DNA of 64,000 bases from Eledone cirrhosa (Eukaryota), in the NCBI GenBank assembly GCA_964016885.1, contig OZ024740.1, positions 285,944,001 to 286,008,000 on the forward strand, in the 5' to 3' direction. The notes beneath the pieces were generated by a model that saw nothing but the letters and a program-made list of their open reading frames with translations, was not told where the DNA came from and searched no databases. The position numbers and the translations under genes were made by a program. This document shows, piece after piece, positions 12,927 through 26,260 of this stretch; positions within the stretch are counted from its first letter, which is position 1, and each line of letters begins with the position of its first letter.

Positions 12927-14141
12927 GGGAGAGTTTTTTTATATAGTGAAGGCACTATAGAGAATTAGATTTGCAGTCGTGAGGTTGCCAGTTTTATTCG
13001 CGGACCGGGACATTTTATTTAATGTTACTCTTTCTGCTAGGAGTTGCAGTTGGTAGATAGTATCAGCAATGGAAATATTGTTTCCTTGGTCCGATTTGGC
13101 AAGTTCCATACCACTTGGTAAGCAAATACTCTGTTTCCAAAGAGGTAAACTCATTCATGATGCTGTCACAATAGAAGCCCTCTCGATGTGGTGTAAAAGC
13201 TGCGGAGGATAGGTGAAATTGGGGAGTAGTATGGTTTAGTCAGATCTTGAATTGATGTTTGGTTTTTGCAAATATGGTGTCTGCTGTTGGAATTGTGACT
13301 GGTTGACGATCTCCACATCAGGCATCTGTAATTGCCATGCACTTTTGATTTCTATTTGCAATAATATGGATTCACTGGTTGGAACTTAACTTAACCCATC
13401 TCATGTGAATGCTGACACAGATGTAAGTAAGAGCTCAACTTTACCTTTCATCCTTTTGTTGTCGATGAAATAAAGTACTTGTCTAGACTGGTAGATTGGT
13501 TAAAGCACCAGATAAAATGGTTTGCGGTATTTGTTCTGGTTTTTGTGTTTTAAATTAAAATCTTACTGTGGCTTTTTTGAGTTGTTGGGTTTAACAGCAC
13601 AACCTGGTCCCTGGGTGTGTTAGTAGAGTCCTCTCTGTTGCAAGCATTTGGTCTAACTCTCTAATTTGAGGATACATTCTTCCCTCTCTCCCACAAATCA
13701 TGGACACTGCCTTTTCCTTCCTGATTAAGCAGTAAAAAAATGTAAATATTGACTTCTTTTGTGTATATCTGAGCAGCACTGAGAGTTAAAATCATACTGA
13801 GTTCAACTTTGCCTTTCATCCTTTCAGGGTTGATAAATAAAGCACCAGTCCAGAGATGATGGATTAGTTGAATTATTAAAGAGTTGAACAGGTTGCTTTG
13901 TAGCATCTAATCTAGTCATGTGCATTCTGAGTTCAAATCTTGCCCCCTTCTGCCAATTGTTGCAACCAGTAGATAGTATCAGCAATGGAAAAACAAATAA
14001 AAAGATAAGTTTCCTTGGTCTGATCTGATAATTGGCTTTTTCCTTTTTTTATAGAATATATGTATACTTTATTAAGTCAGTCCTAATACATAACTGGTAA
14101 TCATTTTATTCACCTGGAAGAGATAAAAGCATTCAATTCTG

Positions 14142-14372
14142 TGAAGGTACATGGTTTAGTGCTTAAGTATTTCAGCTCATGATTCCTGGCAGTGCATCAT
14201 GTTTTCGAGCAAGACACTTTATTTCATGTTGTTTTTGTCCATTCAGCTGGCAGAAATGTGCTGTACCTGTAATTGAAAGGGCTAGTCATGTCACACGCTG
14301 TGTGTGGTTGAATCTCTCTGAAAACTATGTTAAAGAAACACGTCTGTTGAATTTTAAGCCTTCGAACAACTA
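14142..14372 (+). mobile_element. tRNA-derived SINE family a (GAAGGYRCATGGCTTAGTGGTTAG…GAGCAAGACACTTTATTTCAC…)
   Basis: A-box-like head and shared body; other copies at ~27055-27420, 30131-30655, 34222-34540, 43263-43405, 49436-49950 and 60497-60615. Confidence 0.75.
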
Positions 14373-14421
14373 GAGTACTTGTCATCAGAACCAAGGAAGA
14401 TCCAACAGACAGACACACACA

Positions 14422-14453
<32 letters not shown>

Positions 14454-15883
14454 CACACACACATATTACCAGTAATTAATTATATTCACCTTCGGCAGAT
14501 AAAAGTCAAAGCTAATTGTAGCAAGATTTCAGAACATCCAAACTTGTGTTGTAGTCATTACATACATGCTTACAATAGTAAGTATTAAATCTTTGATATA
14601 TTATATCATGCTGATATTGGTTAAAGTATATTGATTAATATGATCGATTAGGTTTATTATTAGATATCTGCCTAAACCTAATTTTTTAGTAACTACAGGA
14701 GAGAGAAGTAAGCAATCACTACTGGTGAGTAGGAATAACCATTTGTAACTGGGTACACTGATTTGGTTTTTCTTTTCTATCTAGATCCCCTTTATCTCTT
14801 TCTCTTCCTTGTAAATAGCACTTATTTAGGCAACTATTTGCTTACAAACTTATACAGGCAACTATTTGCTTACGAACTTATACTTACATACTGGTGCGAT
14901 TAATACCTTAAAAACAACAACAATAATAATAAAAACGATATTTTTTTGCTCTTTTTATTTCTAAATATCTTTGTAGTTCATCCCAACTCAGTATCCTCTT
15001 AAACTGACATTTAAACATACAGCATGGTTACCATTCTCTGTTTTAGATCTTTACTGCTTTCAGTTTCTCTCTACCCAGGTTTCATGATAACACTTCTGAC
15101 ATATAATCTTTTTTTTTTATACCTGGTGGCTAATTTCATGTTTAAGAATAGGTACTTTGATGTTTCTCTAACCCTAAACCTTTTTCTTTTCATTCTGTTT
15201 ATGGGAACATAACCAGTATTCTTATTTTGCTTCCATTGATTTTTTTTTTTTTTTCCGACTCAATTTATTATCTAGAAATAATGTATAGGTGACTTTGAAC
15301 AACCTGTGAGGAAGGAGAGGGGGTGGTGATGGATAAATATAGGTATGCAGATCCAATCCAAGGCCTTCTCACTCCTATTGGAGGACCCCCCCCCCCCTAG
15401 TTGACCTCCATGCTTTCTGAATGGTTTTGGTCATGTCAGAGGTGTAGCTGTACTGACTATGCTTGGCCAATTGTAGGTTGGTGAGGCTATTTAACTTATA
15501 GCTGGGTTGGATGGCTGTTGACTGAGTTATTCATTTGCCTTTTTAACAGCTCTTGTATTTTGTACTGCTGGGGTTCTACTTACTCTCTTCACCAGACCAA
15601 GATCTGGTGGGGGAGCCAGTTTAGTCGCTGACCACTTGACCGTGGTACCAGTAGCAGGCAGAACCCTGGCTTGACCTGATGCAGGTAACTCATCCAAAAT
15701 GCAGGATTTAATTTTAAGTGGAATTATTGACTGATATAAGAAGAAAAAATATAATTTTCCTCACACCTCATGTTCAACCTAATGTAATTTTTTTTTAATC
15801 ATGAAATATTGTTTATGCTTGTAAAATAGTTCAGATTCTGACTGTACTGGTTAATTAAGTGCTGGATGTTATTTCTAGAGTAG

Positions 15884-16037
15884 TTGACATTTATCGATGA
15901 AATGTTAAATTTTTTTCTTTTTTCAGTTTCCTAATTTTTTTTTTATTTATATTCAATTGACATGTTAGATCATGTTAAGTCAATTAAACTAAAAATTTAA
16001 GAAAATAACAAGTTAATATTCCATCGATAAATGTCAA
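15884..16037. mobile_element. Short foldback/MITE-like element
   Basis: 25-bp terminal inverted repeats (TTGACATTTATCGATGAAATGTTAA and the reverse complement at the other end, 2 mismatches) plus a central AATTGAC…GTCAATT hairpin. Confidence 0.6.
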
Positions 16038-16510
16038 AGGTTGACATTTTTAATCCATGGAAGTTCTCTAATAGGTGATGATCACAGATATTTGCATTTG
16101 TAAAGTTACAAGAGCCTCCGCATATTAGAAAATGAGCAAGCCTTTAGAAGTAGTTGTGAAATCTACCTCAAATCTCATCATATTGGATAATGTAGTCCTG
16201 GCTACACTGTCATGATAAAAGATGGGGCAGCTATGAATAGGATGTCTTTGACTATAATTTATGTGCTCAATCAGAGCTGACTTGAGGTTAAACAACAAAA
16301 GATCTATAAGACATTTGTCTAAAGTTAGAATATTTTAGTTATAATAATACCCATATTTTGCTACCTCACCAATTATGTTCCTGTTAAGCTTCCATTTGCC
16401 CTCGTGGTCCTTTCATTGGCCTCTTATCACTCACCCTCTCTCCTATTCACACCATCTTTATAAGGCGGGATTGTATTGAAAGAACCTTTATCAAGTTGCA
16501 AACTCCAGCT

Positions 16511-16728
16511 TAATAATGGTTTCTTATATAGGCACAAGGCCAGCAATTTGGGGAAAGGGAAAGTCGATTAAATCGACCCCAGTGTGTTACTGGTACTTTA
16601 TTTTATCGCCCTCGTAAGGATGAAAGACAAAGCTAACTTTTGCAGGATTTGATCTCAGAATGTAATGGGACGTAACTAGATAGCACAGAACGTTGTCTGA
16701 AGCTCTATCGATACTGCCAATCCACCAT
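16511..16728 (-). mobile_element. tRNA-derived SINE family b, full length
   Basis: Colinear with the 11280-11500 copy. Confidence 0.85.
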
Positions 16729-19319
16729 TCTTGGTTAGTTTCAAACTTATTTGAATACCATAGGTTCCTTTCATATAGTAACAAAAAGGTTAAAGGGTAA
16801 TAATTGGGGTGTTTTTTTTATCAGAATTGGGCAAAGTTCGATACTCTTTAAATTAGTATCAATAAAGCTCGTAGAGTATAAACAACTAATACTTAGAGAT
16901 GTCTGAATTCTTATTTAAAAAGAAGAAATTTTTCACATTGTTATAGTATCATATAAATGATTGAGTATTGTATCATACATGCTTCTGTATAGGTGTGTTA
17001 TGAATGTAATTTTTGTGAGTGGGTTAGTGTGTCTGTCCTCTTTTCTCAATGCTTGTGTGATATGAGTATACTTATGCACACACTGCATGTTTACATCCGT
17101 ATATGGATATACATCTCAATATTGTTTTTGAGTCCTAGATTAGCTGTGATTCAGTAGGAAACAGACATAAAAATCAAGCATAGGGCATCTAAAATCTATC
17201 TGATGTGTCCTTCTACTTTAAAGATAATCAAGTGTGTGATTAGGGAAATTTGGCTGCTATTTCTAGTAATTTGTGTGACTATATATAGCATCCCACTTTG
17301 GGTGTGTTGTTTTAGACCCACGTCAGCTCTGATCGAACAAACGTATTACCAAAAACATTCCAAATGTGACCATCCTGTTTTTTGTGTACTTCATCCTTTA
17401 AGAAGGCACGGTGTGATTAAAGGGAAAATTTGCTGTTATTTCTGGCAGATCTGGAGACTATACATGGTCTCTGTTAGTTTGTCTTTTGTTGTTGTATACA
17501 CGTGTGTGTTTGTACCGTTTACTTTAGCAAATGTGGTAAAGTTTTGCTGAGGAGGTCTAATACAACAGAAACATGCAGTTTTTGTTTTTGTATTTGCTGA
17601 AAAAATTTCAATCACCAAACTAATATCTTTTCCTCGCCCCATAAATATTTTAAATTAAATTTTTAATGCTCAAAAGTGAATAACATTAAACATAATTATT
17701 GCATGTATCCTGGGTGGTGGGGAGATACATTCAACACTGAACCATGCTGTCAATGAAGTGTGTGTGTGTGTGTACATATACATACACACTTTTTCTACCA
17801 GCCGAAATACGATTCTCGTTGAATTTATATATATAAGTATTAGTAGTTTATATTCTTAAAATTTTCTTGGTATTATTAATTTGAAGAGCAAAGCGTTGGC
17901 AAGGCATTCTTTTGTCATTTCATCACGTTTGTGAGGATTGGAATCGTGTGTGAGAGAGAGAGTTTAAATAGCAACACAAATGAGTGACATTGAAAAATAT
18001 AATTATTACGAAAAAAAAATTGTTTTCTTTGAGGGGGAGGTGGGTTATTGCTTCAAGAGTATCGGTGAGTCGAGTTCACAACGACTTGGCTTTAATTCTG
18101 TGTTGTGTCGTTACCTTATTAATATAACATCGTTAATAAATTAATTGAAATGCTGTGCATTTAGTTAGTACAGCCGTGAAAAGAGTTAAATTACATAAAA
18201 TACATAGAACACATCAAAGTTCTTCTTTTCTCTCCCTCAACTATATACCTTCAGAACAACTTGAATGTTCACTACCTATCATCCCTTCCTCCCTGTTTAA
18301 CATCTCAAGCATCATACATGTGTAAGAAACATTTTTGTTTTGCCTTGCCCGCTATATATTTTGCTTAATGATTATAAAAACGAACATCCACACTATTTTT
18401 CTTTGGCCTGTTAAACCTTTTGTATTAATCTTATTTACACTGGTTGTAATAATATCAAACGAGACGCCCACTTCCCATTATAGTAACTTTTACAGTAGTA
18501 CACATTTTTTGTGCTCGTTTGTGAATGCGACTCCTTGAGTTTTAAGTTCAGTGTGGTAGTAACCATCATGTTTACTTGTTTTTTTCTTCTGAAAACTAAT
18601 TACTTTTGACTTGTCACACACGTATTTTGTTAATTATATAGTCCACAGATTTAATTGGCACGAAAGAAAATTCAACAATAGCAGAAATAATAGTTGTTTA
18701 CATAGTCAGAATACCTAAAATTGTTTCGAGGATAGGTGAAGAAATGTGTAATTGTGATATTTCTGTTATTTTTTTACAGCTTTAGCAACAAAATTAATGT
18801 GAAACAATTACTACGAAGGATCCAGTAGAAGATCGAAATTTGTTTGCTGTCTGTTCATTTCTTTTTGTTGTTGTTTAGCCATAGGTATACTCTGATAGAG
18901 CCGGCCTATGATTGTCACATTCCAGCTGTGACCATCTAGACATCATCATCATCCATGGAGTAGTTCCCTAAAAAAAGTATGCCGATTAAGAAAAATTTGG
19001 CTGCTATTTCTAGCTGGTCGAGCAACCACGTTTTAGGCTCCAAGAACTTGCTGTACCACAACGTCTTTCCTGCTTAAGTAATTATCTCTTATACTACTAG
19101 CCTTAACGAATTAACATTTCGAGAAATGAATTGAAAGAAAATGTTAGCCTTTGTCTTTCTTGGAAATGAAATATCTATATTTGGGAAAACGAAAGCAGAA
19201 TATAATAAGGTATTTAAAATTACACAAACAACTAGTTGTTGGAGAGACTATGTATTGAATGTTGATTGTAGTAACAAGTTACTAGTTTTTATTACTTAAG
19301 AGTTAAATTTTATAGATTC

Positions 19320-19731
19320 AAAATCATTTGTTCACCTTAAAATTAGCCATTTTATCATATACACACATGCACGCACGCGAAGACTTTCGGTAAAATGCTG
19401 CACAACAACCGTCGCGCTGCAAGCTTCCTTCCATCATCCCCGGGCATGTGTGCCGTATTAGACTCGGCCGGGCCAGTTCATTATCCCAATCCTTATTACC
19501 TCTCTTGTAAACACCCCACCCTAACATCATGCATGCTTCGCTACTGTTTGACAGCCCTGCTCTCACAGACAAACGTTGCAGACTAACTAGGTACATTTTA
19601 CAAACTAAAGGAAACTACTAATCGCAATTTAATTTGTTTTTGTGTTCATTTTAACATTGATCGCGGGATATATACTATTATATACACATACATTCGTTGC
19701 TTTACGTACGTTTGTTTTTATTATCCTCGGA
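19320..19731 (+). promoter_or_regulatory. CpG-retaining promoter/5' UTR-like island
   Basis: Non-repetitive, with many CpGs in an otherwise CpG-poor background. YY1-like GCCATTTT at 19346-19353; followed by an ATG and a strong donor. Confidence 0.5.
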
Positions 19732-19753
19732 ATGGAAGCGAGCACTTCAAAAG
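19732..19753 (+). CDS. Candidate short first coding exon (MEASTSK, phase 1)
   Basis: GGAATGG start context and an AAG|GTATGT donor at the end of the CpG-rich stretch; no homology recognised. Confidence 0.35.
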
Positions 19754-20383
19754 GTATGTATATCTATATGTATATATTACACGACATCTTAATCAACAAC
19801 TACTGATTTTATTGTTCTTTCATTATTTTATCAAACTCACAGTAACAATACAAACTTTTAGGATTATATTATATTGTATTTTATTACTGCGTGTTGTATT
19901 TTTACTTAGATTGTTGTCTTTCTCTCACTCTCTTCCTCTGTCGGTTAGTAGTCGTAGCTGAGATGTAGTAGGGGGGAAACAAACACACACTCGCGCACAC
20001 GCATACAAAGAGTTCCTCTGTTAATTAATATTTTCCTATGAAATTCAGTACAAACTAATAAGCTTCATCGACTTCCCATTTTCATCTATTTATTCCCTAG
20101 GTATTCCACCGTATTTAGATTGATTATTCTCGTTTCGTAGTTCGATCTAGATTACAATGTATTTTGTATTTATTATCTATCTGAGGGGGTCAGTAAAATA
20201 ATCATCAGCTAATCCTTTATAAAATGACAATTATACACCTAGTGAATATTTCTTCTTTAGACATCGTCTCATAAGTGTAGTCTTCTCCCTTATTTACAAG
20301 CGGCACTCGATTCAACATTATAAATGTCGGTGCTACACATAAATGAACTGGCATTAGAAATGATTGATCCTCTCACTTTCTCC

Positions 20384-20414
<31 letters not shown>

Positions 20415-21244
20415 GTGTGTGTGTACGCCTTGTTTGTAATTGGTAATACTGTGGCATGTCACTTACCTTCTCATGTGTTCGCATGTTTACGTCTGGTTTT
20501 ACTGTCGCTTGTCTTTTTCGAATTAAATTTAGATTTTATTAGTTATTTTAATTATATTTATTCACGTTGAGAAACCTTATTTAAAGAAATACACGGGCTG
20601 AATGGATAGGTTTAAAGCTATATTTAATATTTGGCTTGTATTTTGTAGTTTCCTAAAACATTTAATACCTTTTCTCCCTTCTGTGTGTGAGGAAAATATT
20701 TCGATGCACCTTAGAGATATGTATCCTTCCTTTTTTTTTTTCTCTTCCTTTTAATATTTCATCCCTGCTCTTCCACACTTTGATTCTTTATTAGAGCTGA
20801 ATTTCAAACATAACTGGATCGAGGAAGTTCGAAAGATAGATGATAACATTCTTGTTACACTGAATGCATGCACCAAAATGGTGCCTGGTGTCTGGGTTTA
20901 CTTATGACACCCAGTTTCTAACGCACGCTGTTTCTACAAATATAACACACATACACTCACAAAACTTACACACTCATACTCATATCATATTTAATGTTGT
21001 TCCCTAGTTATATTTTTTGCTTCGTGCCTATAATTTTACATAATACAAGAAGTTTTCTTAGTATTTTAACTATGATTTTCTTTTTCTTTGCATTAGGGCA
21101 TGACATTTTAAGTTCTGATATCTACGCTTTTACTAAGAACTTTAGTATAATACAAATTGATAAAAAAATGTATTCGTATCCAAATATTCCCATGTAAATA
21201 TTCAATGTTGATCCTTTGACAAGTGCTCTTAACCTAATTTCTAT

Positions 21245-21277
<33 letters not shown>

Positions 21278-22749
21278 TTGTGTGTGTGTGTGCGCGCGCG
21301 CGCTTCAACGTTACACTGTACTGGCTAGCACAGACAAATCTATTTTGTTGACAGTAATGTTCGGTGACAAAATTAACATGACTTTGCTTCAGAAACTAGA
21401 GATCAACTTTCTAAAAAAAGTGTTTCTTATATTAGAGGTTTTAGTTTAAATTCAAAAAAGAAAAGAATAAAGTTTCTACTAACTCGCCTCCCATCTAGCC
21501 TTTGCATCTTATTGTATTCAGGCTGTCTGTTTAATCATTTAATTAAATTTACTGAAAATATCAATTGTGTCTAAGATTATCCGCACTTCAGTTCGCAGAC
21601 AGAAATTCAATTATCAACTGAGAAAATCCTCGCAAAGAAAGGTTCTATACATGCATGCACATGTACAGAAGTATTCTTAGTCTCTAGTCTGTCTACCTAT
21701 CACTTTAATAGCAGCATTATTTTATGTATAGGGCCAACTCACTTTCACCCCCTCTCTCTTTCTACCTTAGCCCGTTTTGGGAATTGTCTGCCTGATTTTC
21801 TCTAAGGGTTGCATCTGCTACTAACTGAAAAGGGAATATCATATAAAACAGGTGACACACAAAGAATAGGTTTGGAGGGTTTTTTTTTTTACCCATAACA
21901 TACTGTGTAACTACCCCCTTCCCGGTCTCTCATGCATTTCTCGTCTGCTTCCCATTCCTCTCTACTTTCTCTTTTGCTTTTTTCTCCCCCACCCCCTATT
22001 TTCTGTCTTTGAGCCTCTTACAATAGATATGAAGATGATAGCCATTTTAGTTTCGAAATGGCTTTCTCTCGCTAAACCAATTACTTTAGCTGAGGAAATA
22101 GATAAATAACTTTCTCTGGAATGCCATTTCATTATTTATCCAACTCATCACTGATCCTGTGAACTGCTACAGCTTCTGCTGCTGAGAACCTAAATGATTT
22201 GGATTTATTCAGTTGCCTATATTTATTTCCTCCAAGCCTAAAAGGTATTGGCGAATTTACTTTGATGTATCCAGATAAATAGCTATTGCAATTTTGATGG
22301 TATGGAAGATTCAGCCTCTCATATAAAAGGCATTGATAATTTCTTTTAGATATAGTAGCATTTGTATCTACTTACAAAAAGCTGTATTGTAATAAACTGT
22401 ACTATTTTATACACATAAATCTATTTTGTTAACATTAATGTTGAAATTTTAGACAGTTATTCAATAGTCAACTGAAAAGAATACAGGCAAGGAAGTGAAC
22501 CCACCAATATACATGCATGTACATGCACAGATGCACGCTGTCTCCCCATTACTTTAATAGCAGCAATAATTAACCCTTTTGTTAGCACATTTCTAACAAA
22601 ATACATAGCCAATATGTTTCCATTAATTTTGAATATGATAAAAAAAATTTGGACTAAGTAAAATAACTAACGTTGCCATTATTAAGCTGTTTGGAGCATT
22701 ATTTAACGACAAAAAAAAATAATAATAAAATAACATATGAACTCTTTCA

Positions 22750-23250
22750 AATGAGCAGTGAGAGAAGAGGGTGGAAGAAGTTCAGGGAGCTATTCTGCTG
22801 GCAACTACAGGCTTCTCTCTGTGAATGAAGGGCAGGTTATATGATGCTTGTATTTGAACTGCTATGCTGCATGTCAGCAAAACATGCACCTTGAGTGCAG
22901 AAGATCTGTGGTGGCTAAAAATAAATGATGCAAGCATGCTACGCTGGATATGTAATGTTAATATACATGAATTACAGCATGAGAGCTGAAAGAAAAGCAA
23001 AGTATAAGAGTAATTGAATGTAGCATATGAGAGAGACAATTGCACTTGTAGAGGCATGTAATTCGTAAGAAGAAAGTTGCATTAAAATGAGATGATTGGG
23101 ACCTGTGAAAGGAAGGCATGGAACGAAGTTGTGAAAAATGACCTCAAGAAACTGAATCTGACACAGGACTGAGTTGACTGGTGATTTGTCATAATACAAA
23201 AGATCTTACCTCTTTTATATGACATAAAAAGTAAATGTGGTAAGTGACTG
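22750..23250 (+). mobile_element. Decayed RTE LINE C-terminal fragment
   Basis: …KGRLYDAC…NDASMLRWICNV…RKAWNEVVKNDLKKL; stops and frameshifts present. Confidence 0.75.
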
Positions 23251-23790
23251 GAAGTGTTGGTGATTGAACAGAGAGCATGTATTGACCTCTCTGGTGCTGG
23301 GTCCATGATAAAATATACCTAGTACCTATCCAACCCATGGCAGCATAGAAAATGATCTTTTAACGTATCTTTCCAAACTATTTTTTCAAATGTGATTTAC
23401 ACATATATAAAAAAAAAAATCATTTACCCACTGGGTTAATCCACAGACCAGTTTAAGACCATCATCTTCACCCCTCCTGTCATGGAGGCCCCAAAAGAGT
23501 CATGGGCACTGTTCTTTCCACCCTGATTAAACAGTAAAAAAATGTTTCATTTGGAAATATTCTCACCATCTTATAAACCTCATTGGTGATAAGGTCAATA
23601 TTTTTCTTGATCTTGTGGTTAAATTTTTGAATTTTTAAGTGCTTCTATCTAGTTTTAGAGTTTATTTTAATAAAGTGATGACACCCCCCCCCCCCCCCTC
23701 ATAATTTTCTTTCTATAACTCAAGACTTTATAAAGTTAAAAAGTTGGTAAGTAAAATTGTATTCTACTTGTCAGTACAACACACTGTCTA

Positions 23791-24030
23791 TTAACCCTTC
23801 TGGTTCCAAACCACCCAAAACTGACCCAGGTCTACCATTCAAAACTGTTTAAATGTGTTTATATTTATCTAAAAAATATTTAATCATGATTTTATATAAG
23901 AAACTTTGTTCTAAATATCAGTTTAATAATGAGAAAGTTAGTTATATTACTAAATCCTTCTAAGTTCTTGATTATTCTCAAAATTATTTGAAAATCATAG
24001 GCAGTGTATTTTATGAGGAATATGGTAATT
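23791..24030 (+). mobile_element. piggyBac-type MITE family B
   Basis: TTAACCCTTCTGG start and family-specific internal sequence. Confidence 0.7.
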
Positions 24031-25840
24031 TGAATTCAAATCCTACTAACGGGTTGAATTGTCCACCAATTGCTAATAATTTCAATGTGTGGCACATATG
24101 TAGATCATAGAAAATGAAGCTGGTGTGATTTATAATGACTTTTACTTTCACTAAATGAAATGTTTGCCATTTCCTATAAATAGCTGTCTATTTTAGAGAA
24201 TTCTGCTATATTAGGTTTAATAATGTAAATAGTAACTAACCAATGAGATTTATATATATATATATATATCATCATCATAATCATTTATCATAGAAAATAG
24301 ATGTTAAATGATTATACACACACACACACAGACCTGTTTATATACATGCATGCACACACGCACACACACACAATGTTATTGGATCATGGGTGTGCTAATC
24401 TAATTTATTTCTGCACAACTATTTTGTGGACAAGAATCTTAACTATTTAATCATTATAATCTTCAACATACTAAGTAAAATGTTATTTGAATATTTCTGT
24501 AATAGCATCAATCTTTTATAGTCTGTAAGTTATATGCTGAGAAAGTGTGCAGAAAATAATTTTTTAATTATTATTTAATAGTCATTAATACGGAAGTTGA
24601 GACCAGTTGATAGTATCAGCAACAGAAAAACCAATTAAATCAGGGTTTCCTTGGTATGATCTGGTGATTGGCTCAATTCCTTATTTTTTACCAACACAAA
24701 GAACAAAATAATTTATAAGTAAATTAGAAATAATAATTTTTTCTTAGTAACAGCAATTTCTTACATAGATATAATTTATAGGAGAGGAAAATGAATTTCT
24801 GATGTTCATGCTTAACCTAAGTATTCTGTCTCCTGTTTCGTCAGTGAAGGAAGGGCAAATCCCATGAACTTTTTCAGGGTTTCTGAGTCTAGTGGAAGGG
24901 AGGAAGAAAGGTGTTCTTGAATTGGAGACCTGGTCTGAATGTATGCAACAATGTGGACTCTGGTGGTGTTAAACAATTCTACCAATCCATTGCCTTGATA
25001 CATTATTTTATCAACCCTGATACAATTAAAAGCAAAGATGTTTCCACTCATCCACCACCCTGGACTGATATTTTATATTATATTTGTAACTTATATAGGA
25101 AATAGGTTTAGCCTTTTCATGAAAACAAGTTGCAAATAGAATTTATAACATAAAACACATGAATCTTTGGATTGAATTTTCAGGAAACTAACAAGTTATC
25201 GCAGGTTTATCTAAGCCAGTTGCTATGGTATAAAACTAATGTTATTACCAGTTTACCATATGCCAGTCACTGTGGTGCAGCTTTAAGTTCTTAATGAAAT
25301 GAGCCTACAATCTAGTTTTAATTTCTAGTTCCTAAGCTATATTGATATAATAAAGCAAAGCTCTAATCTAATGGCATGTTTTGCCCTGTCAAAATCATCC
25401 CTTGGGGAGGAAATATGATGTGGCAATTGGAAAGGAAGAGTTTAAGATATGAAAGACTTGGGGAATTGTGTGAAGTACAAGGACTGCAGTGCACTATTCT
25501 TCCAGAAGGATGTTGTGGCCTCAATTTGGCACCAGACCTAGTCTAGAGTGAAATAGAGAATCCCTCAGAAGCATGAGAAAGGCCAAAACAAGGAACAAAT
25601 CCACAGCAAAGTAGTAGAACAATGCAATTAATTGCCCTATGGTTGCACCTGCTTTGGTGTAGTGGCTATAAGGACTGGAAGAATAAAAATTAGCAAGGTA
25701 TCATGTGGGGCAAAAGAACCCCAAAATTACCAGGTAGCATCGATGCTGAATGGTATAGCTGGAGCGATTGATGATACTGTTTGAAGGTGCTGAAAATGTT
25801 GTGAACTGTCAACAGTTGATGGATTGTTTTGCACTGCAAC

Positions 25841-25884
<44 letters not shown>

Positions 25885-25895
<11 letters not shown>

Positions 25896-26260
25896 GTTGA
25901 ACAAATAAAACAACAAACAGGGATGCAAAAAGATCTTATTAGGATCGCGCTTAAGAGGAAGTGAAGGAGGGTTTAGTTCTTCGGACAGAAGTTCTTCATC
26001 AGGAAATGGAGAGTTCAGATAGGGAGAGAACAGGTAGATACATGAAGGTTTTGAAAAGATTGTTAAAGTTGAGGGTGGTAGCCGAGTGGTCCAGCATTCA
26101 GGTGGTAGCCGAGTGGGTGTGGTCGTGTGTGTGCCAATAGGGTGAAATTGGTAGGTGTGCATTATTGCTTCTGTTTGTGTGTGTACATGTGCGTGTCTCT
26201 GAGTCTTATATCATTGGTGTGTGTGTGTGTATGTAAGTTCTTTGTTTTTGTGTATATGAC
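25885..26260 (-). mobile_element. Probable Penelope-like element pLTR remnant next to (TA)n/(TG)n
   Basis: The minus strand has a pyrimidine-rich tract, then CTGATGAAGAACTTCTGTCCGAAG (degenerate hammerhead core), and ends in a microsatellite. Confidence 0.45.

Noticed and set aside
14699-14724. 26-nt AG…GTGAGT mini-exon phase-compatible with 60195
   Set aside because: Poor pyrimidine tract and no homology; expected by chance in 64 kb.
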